Source of the DNA: Daphnia carinata
Taxonomy: Eukaryota
DNA length: 64,000 nucleotides
Assembly (NCBI RefSeq): GCF_022539665.2
Contig: NC_081333.1
Span: 124,001-188,000, forward strand
Reading direction: 5' to 3'
The notes beneath the pieces were generated by a model, which ran no database searches, was not told the origin of the DNA, and worked only from the letters and a program-made list of their open reading frames with translations. The position numbers were made by a program, and so were the translations under genes. This document shows, one piece after another, positions 37,090-50,243 of this stretch. How positions within the stretch are numbered: the first letter of the stretch is position 1; each line of letters opens with the position of its first letter.

Positions 37090-38070
37090 CTTGGTTCGTT
37101 TTTTGCCTCCAAACAAAAATGTTCCCGTTTCACTCTGAGTTTCGTGATCTACATTCAAACAGTATCAAATATACGTGTATTCAATGTTCTCGGTAACTTT
37201 CGCCGGTTTGAATGCTCGTTAGTGTGTTTTGAAGAAGCCATGTATACTACTGCCAGGAGCCGTTTCAGCCTTTTAACGCAGACTGATCGTGCTGATTTTC
37301 TGGAAATATTGGCGAGAGTGCATACCGCCGACCCTCGTCTGAACTTTTCACTCTCCATCAGTGCTCCTTGGATTAACGACTTCTACTACAGGTAAGTAAT
37401 CTCATATTATTTTTCTGTTTCAATTCACACTCATGTTTCTTTCTTCTTTTTAGCACATATCCTGGTTGTGCTAGATATAGGGACCATTTTTCGCATTTTC
37501 ATGCTCGGCTTCTCTGGCAGTTTCAATGCGATGAGTACATTTATCATCCAATTCCTCGCCGTTCCGATTTCTACAAGGAGGTTACTCAGGACGAAATGGA
37601 AGTACGACCCTTCTCTAGGATGTATCGGGCCTTAGACAGTGGATTAGTGCGAAGCCAGAGTTACGTGAATAGTGTGAGTCTATACTCGAAGAGGTGGAAT
37701 GAGGTGATTCGAAAAACCGAAGGAGATCCTGAATCTGGATCCTTCGAATCGCCACCCTCCCGCTGTTTAATTGGATTGCCGAAAACTGGGCAGGTGATCT
37801 TATCAGTCTGAGTTATAAGGATACAATTTTTAAAAAATCCTTAAATGAATTTTACTTATTTCCCGGCTAAATACCGGGATGTTCAATCACATCGTTACGT
37901 GCTGCTGTGTCGCAGTCGGAAATAGCGAAGTCATCTGGACCTCTTTCTCCAACCAGGCAAGGCAGACGTATCGGGGTTACGACAGTTGTGAAACCAGAAC
38001 GTCGGAAGGAATTCGAAGCACTCTTATACTCGAAAAGGTGGAAGGACGTGTTGGAGGAAGCAATTAGTTG
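37090..38070 (+). pseudogene. Unidentified, probably decayed intron-containing gene fragment
   Basis: Exon-like blocks joined by a GT-AG intron (37392-37453); duplicated motif LYSKRW at ~37680 and ~38025; frames are interrupted by stops. Confidence 0.25.
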
Positions 38071-38399
38071 GGTATACGGTTATTGTTTAACTTCGAACAA
38101 ATGGAATGCACGTATTTTTCTTTGATTAACTTTAGCTAAATAGTCAATAAGAGGAAGAGTTCACTTTTGGACAGCCCTTTGTATAATATGATAATTCCAA
38201 AACGTCTAATTTAAGGAAATACATTTTTTTATGAAGTTTTCTGGAAGTTTTTTCACAAACAAGTTTTCAGTTGTTCTCCATTTGTATCAAACTAGTAATA
38301 CTGCTGAGTTTTGTTTAAATTAAACCCCAATATGTCTTTCCTTTTTTACTAACAAAGTATGCATTGTTGTTTGTGGACCTTATTTTCCCTTGATTTGGT

Positions 38400-40745
38400 A
38401 TAGATGTCCCCAAACATCCGTAGTCCATGTTTCTCCTTGACTTGTGATATGGCCCTTTTCCAGCCTTAGTTTTTTAAGGTACTTAAAAAGTAAAGTAAAG
38501 CTTTATTTTTTTATAAAACACTATCCCAATGCTATATATCCGGCTACTACGCCAAACTTTCGGAGTACGTTCCGATTAGCCTTCTTTTGTTAATCAGGCT
38601 TTCAGCTACTACACTGAAGCTCCGAAATACTATACCACTAAGGGTCTTCAGCTCACAGCTAAAGCAACGAGATTACAATTCTGGGCTGTAGCGTGTAAAA
38701 ATTCAGTTGAAAGATTGAACAAGCGCCTTAACGCCTATTAAAACTTCAGACGTAAATTTCAACGTCTGTGAGCCCTATTTCTCCTCGATCTATAGTGTGC
38801 CTCGTACAAAGAAATAATAGCCCTGTTTCTCCTCGATTTGTAATATGGCCCTCTTTCAGCCTTATTTTCTTTACAGAGCAAAAAGCTTACGTAAAACTTT
38901 ATTTTTTTCCATTAAACGCTATTCTACGTAAATTTGAACGTCCGTGAGCCCTGTTTCTCCTTGACTCATAGTATGCCTCGTACAGGGAGCGAGAGCCCTG
39001 TTTCTCCTTGATTTGTAATATGGCTCTCTTTCAGCCTTAATTTCTTTACAGAGTAAAAAACTCGTTAATCAAGGCTTTCAGCTACTACACTGAAGCTCCG
39101 AAATACTATACCACTAAGGGTCTTCAGCACACGGCTATAGCAACCTGATTATACATCTGGGCTGTAGCGTGTAAAAATTCAATTGAAAGATTAAACAAGC
39201 GCCGTACTTTATATACAGAACGCCTATTAAGGCTCCGAACGTAAAATTTGTACGTCCGTGAGCCCAGTTTCCCCTTGACTCAAAGTATGCCTCGTGCAGG
39301 GAATAAGAACCCCGCTTCTCCTTGATTTTTAATATGGCCCTCTTTCAGCCCTAACTAACTTCTTTACAGAGTAAAAATCTTGTTAATGAAGGCTTTCAGC
39401 TACTACACTGAAGCTCCGAAATACTATACCACTAAGTGTCTTCAGCACACGGCTAAAGCAACCAGATTATAAGTCTGGGCTGTAATGTGTAAGAATTCAG
39501 TTGAAAGATTGAACAAGCGTCTTAACGCCTATTGAAACTCCAGACGTAACTTTCAATGTCTGTGAGCCCCATTTTACCTTGATCTATTGTTTGCCTGGAA
39601 CAGGCAATGAGAGCCCGTTTCCCCTTTAATTGTAATATGGCTATTTTTCAGCCGTGGTTTCTTTAGGTACTTAAGAACTAAAGAAAAACTTTTTTTGTTC
39701 ATTCGAACACTATTCCAAAACTATTTTTCCGGCTACTACACCCATGTTTCGTAACACATTCTGATTATCCTTTCTTGTTAATCAAGGCTTTCAGCTACTA
39801 CACTGAAGCTCCGAAATACTATACCACTAAGGGTCGTCAGCACACGGCTAAAGCAACCAGATTGTAAGTCTTGGCTGTAGCGTGTAAAAATTTAATGAAA
39901 AGATTGAACAAGCGCCGTCCTTTATATACAGAACGCCTATTAAATCTCAGAAAGTAAAATTTGAACATCCGTGAGCCCTGTTTCTCCTTGACTCATAGTA
40001 TGCCTCGTACAGGGAATGGGAGCCCCGTTTCCCCTAAATTTTTAATATGGCCCTCTTTCAGCCTTAATTTCTTTACAGAGTAAAAAACTTGTTAATCAAG
40101 GCTTTCAGCTACTACACTGAAGCTCCGAAATACTATACCACTAAGCGTCTTCAACACACGGCTAAAACAACCAGATTATAAATCTGGGCTGTAGCGTATA
40201 AACATTCAATTGAAAGATTGAACAAGCGCCGTCCTTTATATACAGAACGCCTATTTAAACACCGAACGTAAATTTGAACGTCCGTGGGTCCAGTTTCCCC
40301 TTGACTCATAGAAAGCCTCGTACAGGGAATGAGAACCCCGTTTCCCCTTGATTTTTAATATGGCCCTCTTTCAGCCTTAACTTCTTTACAGAGTAAAAAA
40401 CTTGTTCATCAAGGATTTCAGCTACTACACTGAAGCTCCGAAATACTATACCACTAAGGGTCTCCAGCACATGGCTAAAGCAACCAGATTGTAAGTCTGG
40501 GAATGAGCGTACTGCGTACAGGGAATGAGAACCCCGTTTCCCCTTGACTTGTAATATGGCCCTTTTTCAGCCTTAATTTCTTTAGGGAGTACAAAACTTC
40601 ATTTCTTTTTCATTAGAACATTATTCTAAGTAAACTTGAACGTCCGTGAGCCCTGTTTCTCCTTGACTCATGGTTTGCTTTGTACAGGGAATGAGAACCC
40701 CATTTCTCCTTGACTTGTGATATGGCCTCTTTCAGCCTGTTTCTT
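38400..40745 (+). repeat. Complex satellite, 6 units of ~313-476 bp, with an invariant 43-nt core reading FSYYTEAPKYYTTK
   Basis: TTTCAGCTACTACACTGAAGCTCCGAAATACTATACCACTAAG starts at ~38600, 39076, 39394, 39789, 40103 and 40416. Sub-repeats GAGCCCTGTTTCTCCTTGA and AATATGGCCCTCTTTCAGCC lie between the cores. Confidence 0.9.
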
Positions 40746-41407
40746 TAAGAACTTGAATCGTTTTCAAATACCTCGTGAACAATACAGAAATGTTTTGAAA
40801 GCTCCAATTATGCAGAACTAGTCCAGTAGTTACTGCCATGTTCCATTTTAGTTTCTCAAAAAGCTTTTGCTCGATTCTCGTGTACAATTTTAACAGGGAG
40901 ACGAATCAATTGTCACCTGGAATCCATCGGTAAAAGACCGCTTTTCAATTGTACAAATGATAGTCACGAAGTGCATTCCCAAAACACTTGCATAAAATGT
41001 ACCACCGAATACCCCTTTGATCCCACAACCCGATTATAACAAACAACCCAATCTCGACCATGACGAGATCTCCTTCTGGATACTTTTTCTTTGTGCCTCA
41101 ATGTTAAGACCGCTCCGTTGAAATGCATTCTGCAAATTTCGCAGACACACTTCATTTGCAACTTTCAGTAGAAAGTCTGTAGACTCGTTTCCCCTTGACT
41201 CATTGTAATGCCGATCTGGGCATATACACCTTGCATGGCACTACCAAACGTATCTGTTTTCACCTCTACATTGAGGTACTGCATTCCTCCTAATACTCAT
41301 TTTTTCACTCTGCAATCCGACCATGTCAGAAAATACTCAACGTTACTGTCTTTCACTTGAACATTCATTCAAGTATCTTTAATAATAAAGACTACGGAAA
41401 AGGTTTC

Positions 41408-41499
41408 AGTTCTTTTACATTTCAGTTTGTAGTTGAACAAATGAAGCCATCACTGTCGGCTTCATTTATTCAACTGAGCGAATAAAATGTAAAAGAACT
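41408..41499. other. ~92-nt near-perfect hairpin
   Basis: AGTTCTTTTACATTT/AAATGTAAAAGAACT (15 bp perfect) encloses AGTTGAACAAATGAAGCC/GGCTTCATTTATTCAACT (18 bp, 1 mismatch) with a 9-nt loop. Confidence 0.75.
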
Positions 41500-43334
41500 A
41501 TCCATTCTTCCAAACTTTCACGTTCCGTTTCAGTTTTCCAGATGGGCTTGATGTGCATCCCACCCGGTCAACTACAGAACGCAGACTGACCCAACCGTCC
41601 GAAAATTCAAGCTTTTAAGGAATTTTTGTACAAAGTAGCTAATGAAATATCCACATCTGCACAGCTCCATCTAGAAGATGTTGGGGCGGAGAAGTAATTA
41701 GCTTGAGATCGTTGTCCCCTGGTGAAATACCCAAGGCCAGGATTAGCAAGTGGCCGGTCGATGGGTGATTTGTCTGCTTCTACTAACAATAAACTGGTAT
41801 TTGATGGTTTTCTTCAATAAGGCATAGCATTAAGCTTGCCTTAAGCATAAATCTTGTTTGTGATGCTGATGCTCTGTAGAGTTTCAGGTAAACAGCAATC
41901 TCCTCCCAAAGATAAATTCCATAACAAGCGCTCGTCCCCATTTCAATAACCTACAAGAGAAAATTCAAGTTCAAAATTCATGGAAGTTTAGTTACACAGG
42001 TAACATCAAATGTTAACATAGTAATTACTGCAAGCCAGGCTAATTAAAGCAAATAGAATGAAGAAACTGCTGATGCTTTTGGGGTTTCTAAAACTATTGC
42101 AAAACAGAATCTATAACCAGATAAGATGGAAATCCTGAAATAAATTAATTAGAAAAAACTTAGCTAACAAAATTGAATCTCTTACGGCAATTAAAATCTA
42201 TAGAAAGCGTTGTTAGGTTAAATTGAACTTACAAACAAAAAAACAGATCATTTTGTTTGCTTCTGCAAAATTCCAGCAATGTTGAATAGTACATCTAACT
42301 ATCGCTGCACCATTATCTGTTATTACACATTATACTTATACTGTACCAGAAATTTCTTCAAAAAGCATTTGTAAGCATTATTCTTTAGATGACTTATTTT
42401 AGGGAAACAAGCCATACCATTCCATTCCTTTGCCTATATTGACTTTTTCATTTGTTCATGAGCCAATACTCAGTGCTTTTCCTTTCAATCCACTACTTCG
42501 TAAGGACACTGTATGAACCTGAAACCCTGCAAACGAAGACAAAATGAAAAAGAAATTGAGAAATTATGGATGATGCAATGCCAATGTTAATTACAAACGT
42601 GATTATCAATGGCTAAGTTGGTTTGTACGGTAGTCTTAGCATTTCCTATTCCAAGCTCCTTTTGCAGACTGTAAAAATAAAACAAAGGCTAAAAATAAAA
42701 CGAAAGTTAATTGAAAAGAAATTACTAGCTTGGATACAGTTACTTACCAGTGTTTCCTTTCTCTAATTTCTCTAAACTTTTAAAGTGAGGCTATCAGCAT
42801 TCTGCTATCGGACAGCGTGATGCTAACAGACGACAGACTTTATCTACGCGCTCGTCGGCATTCATTTGTTTCCGTTTTCAAACATTGTTGAATTTTTCTT
42901 TCCTTTAACAGTAAAATTTCTCATGGCGCTTTATCTAGTTTTTTTTTCTTCTCCTTTCTTTTTGCTGGTAAGATAGAATTGTGTTCTACTAGTTTAGTTT
43001 ACAAAGAAAGTGCGTAATGGAAAAGAAGAATGTCCAACATTCTCGTTGTTTTCTAGGAACGTTAAATTCCCATTGGATTTTTTCTCCTAGCACTAATGTG
43101 CTAACTGGAACGTCAAGACCGGCAAAAATTCACCAGGGAATAGCGGTTTAATGTATTTTGCAGACCTCGAGAACGATACAATTAAGAATGACCTTCATCT
43201 GTTGTAGGTTTGTCTGAATGACCAAAAACTTTAATCTACATGTAATTTTTTTTTTGTTTCTAACTAGATACACTGCCAAACTGAACATACACGACAAGGT
43301 GTTATCATGTGGCTCTTTCTGCTCGTTTCATTCG

Positions 43335-45379
43335 TCATGCGAAAATGTCTTCCTCCAGCAAAAATCCCGTGAAATGGGTCATTGGGCGCAGAGGGTCGCT
43401 ATAAAGCATTCCGTTAACCGTGGAGATAATTATTTTAATGTTATCACCAACAGATAAATGCAGCGTAGACGGAATGGCCACTGTTCCATGATTGGCAAGC
43501 CCTTTAGGACCTCCGGATGCGATTAGCTCATCATTTTTGTACATGTTGACGACTAAATCTGCGCCACCGGGCAGATCAACTGCTGTGAAGTGGAAAACAT
43601 AGATGCCAGATTTCGGGGCTTCAAATATTCCCGCTTGTGCATCCATGGCGCCACCTTCATTAAGTTGGACCTTGTCGAAAGGGAAGAGCACCGCATCGGC
43701 AGTCATTGCAGTAAAATTCGTAATTCTTTGGACATAAAATTGGACGGGTTCTGATTTGACGTCAACGTAGCCAACGTCAGTCTGCATTACATCTTGTCCT
43801 GGTTTTAAAGAAACGAAAAGTTAAAAAATGGTGGATGTTTTACTAACAAGTTGATTTATAATTGACCTTCCGAGAAATCGCAGTAGACAAACACGACTTC
43901 TTGGTTCCTGCGTATAGGATACAATCCGTTTAGAAGGTATCCAATTCGCCAGAGGTCCAGACATGACGTCGGTACGTCGGCCGCCGATTTGCCGAAACAC
44001 TCCAACTTGCCGAGGGTGTGGCTCCCACCTACGTAGCTGGTGTGTCCGAAATTGAGGCGCGTCACAGGCAGCACTCGCTTCAAGGTGATTTTTCCTGCAT
44101 TTTTTTGTTCGTGCACATTTTAAATTGTTGCACATATGCGATTGGATATGGTGGTACTAAATAACGTGCAGACCGTTGTCTGAGAGAAGGACGGCCACAT
44201 TGGCATCGCAGTTACATGGCAGATCGGACCGGATGCAATTGCCGTCTATACCACATTGGCAAACGTGTGCGGCCTCATCAGAGCCCGACCAGAAATTTTG
44301 CTTCTTGCCCTCGATATCGTTCCACCAGGCATAATCAATGTCCGCCACCGTGAAAGGTCCTCCTACACAATTCACCTAAATGTACGGCCACAAAATAAAA
44401 GTGGCACTTTTATTAGAGTAAAAACCGCGGGCTTGTGCGCCATTGCGGCCAGGTATAAAGTTCTTTATAAAAAAGAACGCCGTTGACAGGTTGATGGATG
44501 AACGAATATGTGTGTAGAGAGAGAAAGGGCCGGTAATAAGACTGGGCGAGACACACGTAATGAGGAACTGACAGTGGTAGGAGTCTAAAGCAAAAGTGTT
44601 TGGCCTTTTTTTACTTGAAGGGATTGGTAACATTCGGCTGAAATCTCGGTCAACGCTTTCAACTGCCGGATGGCTGAATTCGAGTACACGATCGGCCTTG
44701 AATAGCAGCCGGCATCGGGACATTTCGGAATGGCAATGGTTGATTCGCTATCGTGGCCCACGGCCGTTATTCCTGTGTATGTTAAAAGTTTTGGTCTGTT
44801 TCTCTCTTTTTTTTTTCAAAGTGATTGATTGTTATCAACATCTACCCCGCCCCAGACATCACACACGTTGCAACAATAGCTTTATCGATGCATGCGTAAC
44901 AAAAACTTTTGCCGACCTGTTGTCATATCGCAGTAGACGTAAATGGATCCGTCGCCGATTCCTACGCCGTCCGGATCAATCCAATACATGCCAGATTGGC
45001 TGAATTCCGGCAGGCCGCTGTCACGTGCTTCTTGGCATGTCCTCGGAGAGAAAACGGCTGTATTGAGGGATTGGAAATTGCTATGCAAAATGGATTCGAG
45101 TCGCTGGATTTTCTCCTGCAGCGAAACCATCTGATTTGCGTAATTCTGCAATCGGAGTTCTTGATCTCGAATCTGTGCAGCCATTTCATCAAACTTGGCC
45201 ATTAGCAGCGTTTCCTGTACGAATTTTAAATGCATCACAGATGTTATATTAAGATATAACTTGTTGCTTTGGCATACCGTGTTGCGTTGGACGAATTCCG
45301 GTGGCTGGATTGCAGAATCGACAGCGATGATTGACAAGCAGCAGACGAAAAGCACAGCGTACGTCAAACACGACGGCAT
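43335..45379 (-). CDS. Secreted protein: coiled coil + Caspr/neurexin-IV-type fibrinogen-like region + C-terminal C1q domain
   Basis: Exons 45379-45278, 45214-44917, 44772-44615, 44375-44174, 44094-43867, 43798-43335. Motifs PRTCQE..SGMYWIDPDG..IYVYCDM, GHDSE, CQCGIDGNC..CNCDA, LPVTRLNFG, PTSCLDL..NGLY..VYCDF. C1q motifs FDKVQLNEGGAMD..GIFEAPKSGIYVFHF and THFTGFLL. Confidence 0.9.
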
Positions 45380-47785
45380 TTTTTCATTTGCCAAATAACT
45401 CGAATTTATGATGGGCATTTTCTTTTTCAGAACCCGACGGACGAAATCTACGCTTTTGAAAAACGATTATCATTATATCTACATAGTTATGGCTATATAG
45501 GCCAATAGTCACGAAATCTCGAACATTTCTATTGGCGTAGGAGATATGAAGAAATCCTTGTGTAATGATAAAAAAAACGACGGGGGGAGGGAAGGGAATG
45601 AAAGCGCCAAGGACTCGTAACAATGTTTGGTTTAAGTTCCTTTTGATGTCCTGTTAAAACTGAGACGAAAATAGAACAATGCGGATGATGCACGAACCAG
45701 ATATGAAAATGAGAGGGCCTAATCGATAACAGGTATTAATCACAGGTGGTCAAACATTTTGAAAATACGTAGTTGTTTCGTAGTTTCGTGTATAGGGGCG
45801 TTGCCACTTGTTTCCGTTTTCAAGATTCCTGTACGAAAATAGAATCGAATATTTATTCTAGTTTTAAAACCAGGTTATTTTGATTTTAACAGCATTTTCT
45901 TGTTGAAAACCAGGAATGTTTGGGGGTAGGGAAAATCGTGATCCAACAAGCGGAGTTGTTTTGCTTTGACGGAATCTTTTTCTCTTATCTTTTGCATACG
46001 TGTTCATTTGTCTGGTGAATTTTGAGTTTAGACCATGTCGACTGACTTTTTTTTATTGATCTCCCAACTTTTGCATTCTGCTCGCATTTCATTTGCCACA
46101 TGCACGTCACAATACTTCATTTTTAAATCAAAATTTAAATACATGCGTAAACAAATTTTTATGAAAAATTTGAATACGGTTTTATCGATTTACTACCCGT
46201 TTTTTTATTAAAAAAAACAAATAACGTTTTACTGTTGAAAATAAATTCGATCGTGATTTGGGCACAAAACGACCATTCAAATCTATAAAGTTGTTGTTAG
46301 CCTTAACATAATTCGTCGAATTTCGTCCTTAGAACAAGAGTAACGTTTCCATCTATTGTTTCCTTGAAAGAGACAGTTTTTTTTTTCGAAAATAACCCGA
46401 ACCCAGGAATCGTGTGACACCTAATGCAACGACATCGATTCATTAATTGTCACACCGGTACTACACATTACTCAGCTCGTGCTGTATTGACAAGCCAAAT
46501 CCTGTAACAATTTCCCTTTAAAGTAATGCAAATTATCACATTTAGAAAATTTCTATGTTATTCCCACCCAAACGAGTTTGTTATATTGGCTGCAAGCTGG
46601 ACGACACAAAAAAAAATGAAGCCGTTTCTCGGGGATGTTAATCAATTCCATGGAAAAATCCGGTCGAGTCATTTCCACTTTTGCAACTCTCAGCAGGACT
46701 AGACATGAAAGAAATTAAAATGTTAAACGAAAGAAATTCAAAGAAAAGGGGCCAAAATTCCGGTCGCTTGGGAGGAGAACGATAAAAAAGTGGGTGCGGT
46801 CATGGCCGCCAAACTACCAAAACAAAAAAAAAAACCCTAGTTTATGAAATCCATTGATCAGCTGTTGACTGCGACATTGTAAATGCATTTCGTCCTTCTA
46901 GTTTTTTCTCTGACGCAGCTTTTTTTTTTCTATGTCGTGTGACAAAAATTAATTGAAAAAGTGTCAGCAGTGTGTGGGAAAATATTCCATACGCAATTGG
47001 CTTGACCACATTAGAAGAAATGTCGATAGAAACGGGTTTTTTTGGATTTTCAGTTTGGCTTTCGTACAAAGTGTATTACAATGTGAAACGTCGTTTGATC
47101 TCTGCTGCCGATGTTGTGACATTCCCGAGCTAGGCTTACGAATCATTTTTGGAGTTGAGAATAACAATTAGAGCCGTTAAAGGTAAATCGTTTCAAGTAG
47201 TTCTGCAATACGGCATGGTATGCAAATGAATCTCATATTTTGGTCTTTTCGGGCAGCGATTCGATGACTTTATTGCATTTGCATAAACAACTGGTTTCCT
47301 AAGAAATGCTCGAAATTAAAATCTACCCTGGCATTAAAGATTTTCCATATTTCTTTTGTGCTACTGTTTAGCCTGTTGACACGTGTACGAAAAATCGACG
47401 AATTGTTTTTCACTGGGAAATACTTAAAATAGAGGCAGGGTATGAAATAGAAAATCCCTTTCAAGGCCTTGGGAAGTGGAGAGGGAAACAAAACGTTTCG
47501 CAAAGTATTCCTTGGGGAAATCAGTTTTTGAAATACAATCCCAAGTGTATAGAGATTTCGAGGACAAAATTTCAAGAAAGTTCAAAGAGGGAGGTGGGGT
47601 AAACTAAATTCAAGAGAAAAACAAGACAGCGAGAAAAATATGTAAATGAATCAACGTTGAGCCAACAAAAAAAAACTTTAAAAGGTGACGACAATTTTTC
47701 AAAGAACAATCAGACTAAACAAATTAACTTTTGAATGTATTAGAAATTCACGTGTGGAAATTCTAGGTAGACAGGTTAGGTAGGA

Positions 47786-47835
47786 ATTAGCTGAAATTGT
47801 GGAGCATTGGGTTCGAATCCATTCGCAGTCTTTTC
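47786..47835 (+). other. Pol III A/B-box-like (tRNA/SINE-derived) fragment
   Basis: TAGCTGAAATTG followed by GGTTCGAATCC and a TTTT run; too short for a full cloverleaf. Confidence 0.3.
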
Positions 47836-50243
47836 TATTTTATTCACACCTGGCGATTCTTTCTTGAAACTTTGCAACCCAACTACTGCTGCCAGTCAAA
47901 TGCTGATGAACATGTGTTTCTTCGTCGGCCAGCCCTTGTTTTTTCACCGCCACCTACGACATAGACAACACAACATCCTTTTTATTGCACTACAATAGAG
48001 CCATATAAGGTTACAGACGAGATCGAAATTAGCCATTAAACTGATTTGCACATCTACCGTATTCAGGTGATTCATAGAGCACTGAAAATATACATAAAAC
48101 AGATGTTATTGAGCAGGGCTCATTTGGACCGAACCCTAAGGCGATGATGTAGTCCAGGTGTCCCGCGATGGAGGGCTGCAAGCGACGGATATTCGCCTTT
48201 CGTAAGTGTAGCACTCACGGCAGACAAGGATTTGTGAAATCGTGTTGGCTTTAACACATGAGAGAGAGGGAAAAAAATAACAGTGAAAAATGAATTTACG
48301 CATTCCTGAATGGCACGGGCAACGCCCATCTATATACTACGCAGGTAACAAATAAACATTTTTCTGTATCCTGGTGATATGAATCAGAAAGAAAAAACAA
48401 ACCTGAAAGCAATACAGCTGCGTTCACCGTCGGATAATATTCAAAGACACGGATCTATTTTTTTTTTTCTTCTGGATTAATCAGACAGAAGGTAAAACTG
48501 TACAGAGGATAAGAAAAACTGTTAATTGCTTTCATAGAAAAACAAAAATGCACTTTTAAGTAGTGGGTCATGTTTTCTTTGTGCCAGTCAAAGTTACGAA
48601 TTCAATCACAATATATTACATTGTTAAATTTTTGAAAAAAGTCAAAGTCATTGTCGATCAGGATTAGTGTAACCTTGCGCTGTTCCAGCAAAAAAGATAA
48701 CATTCTTGCATATTCAATTGAGGTCAGTAATACTGATTTATTGCATTTAGGTTTTGGTGTGTATTGGACGGTCGTTCTAAATCGTCCTACGCATCACTCC
48801 CGCGTTAATATTCGATTTTGGTAAAGCACCGACGCCGTACGTGAAAGGCACCGGAAGTCTGGACATGTTGAACAGAACATCAGGCATCCTGTTGAGTAGT
48901 TACTAATTTTGGAAGACCAAACACTTATGACCTTAATTGGATTGTAGTTCTTTGGAACGGCAACGTGCAGCAATTATTTTAATATTGAAGTCAATCACGG
49001 CAGTCTGACCAAACGATTGTTTAGCCCCACCCTGCAGAACTTGACGTGAGTGTGCACATTTAGGCTAATTGGCTAAATGTGTGTTATTGAATGCACATTT
49101 CGTGACTACCGCCTGAATTGCTGTGTGCGTAGACGCAATGTCAAATATGTTTGGCGATACGTAATCAAAACATCGTGCATCAATCGATAATAATGAACAA
49201 GTCCCATTGGTCTATAAAAAAAATTGGACACAAGGCACACATTAGCGTGATTGTGGGTGCACGACTGAAACTCTAGTCATTATTTTAATAGACTTAAACG
49301 GAATATTTTATTCCTTTTTTTTTTGTATCATTCCTAGTACTGATAACGAGATCCAAGCATTGCTTTCAACTTTCGAACGTCGTACTCACGAGATCTCAAC
49401 GTTTTCTAGAATGTGCATATAGTTTCTTGCCATTCTTGCCTGATTGGCGTGAATCCACGCAACTAGTTTTGCATAATGATTATATAACAAGAGGTAATTA
49501 CGTCAAAAAGACGACAATTCACGTCACTACGCGAATTGTGTTGTTTCAGACGCAACACCCATGCCAAGCAGCAAGCTGTAATAAAACACTCCAATAATAA
49601 GAGGTGTGATAATCTCGACACGTGTGTGCCGATTTTTAATGGCAGAAAAAAAAAATAATTCATGAAGAAAAAAAAAACAGGAGAAAGGTATCGAAGGATA
49701 AGAATAACAAAAAATAATGCGAGCATAAAAATTCTATGGAACTCTGGCGGCACCGAGTGTTGTGCAGATGAAACAAGCAACAAAAACAAAACAAAAACAA
49801 AAAATCAAGAAAAACAAGTATAACAAAAAAAAACAAAAACAAAAACCAAACCTGATTTCGTCAGCAGAAAAGATGGAAAAAGAGACCGGAACGTTGTGGC
49901 ATTGGTCCAGTGCATTGCCAACTTTGAAGCCGTGCAGACAAGCCCCGGTGCTGCACGCCACGCTGAACGAAAAGATTTCGTTTTTCATTTTAATTCACTG
50001 GAACAGCTGAATAACAAACAGACCCGCCCTTTTTAACGAGTCCGTGAGAGAAAAAAAAAAAAAAATTGGAGTTTCTCTCACGAGTTTTTTTTGGTGATCA
50101 GTGTTTTTTTTTTTTTATTATGGCGGGAATGGTTTGATCGGGTTCGTTCGACCACCCACATTTTTCCTTTACGGTCAAGTGTTTTTGTTGTTGTGAAATT
50201 GCATTTAGAAACAAGACAAACAACTATTTACGAACGCAAAAAA

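Noticed and set aside
38600..40460. CRISPR-like array (invariant ~43-nt repeat with intervening sequence)
   Set aside because: The intervening segments are 270-430 nt and homologous to each other, there are no cas genes, and the context is eukaryotic; this is a satellite.
41600..42870. Minus-strand exon-like fragments (e.g. LQKELGIG)
   Set aside because: Splice-like sites are present, but the frames are full of stops and no family is recognisable.
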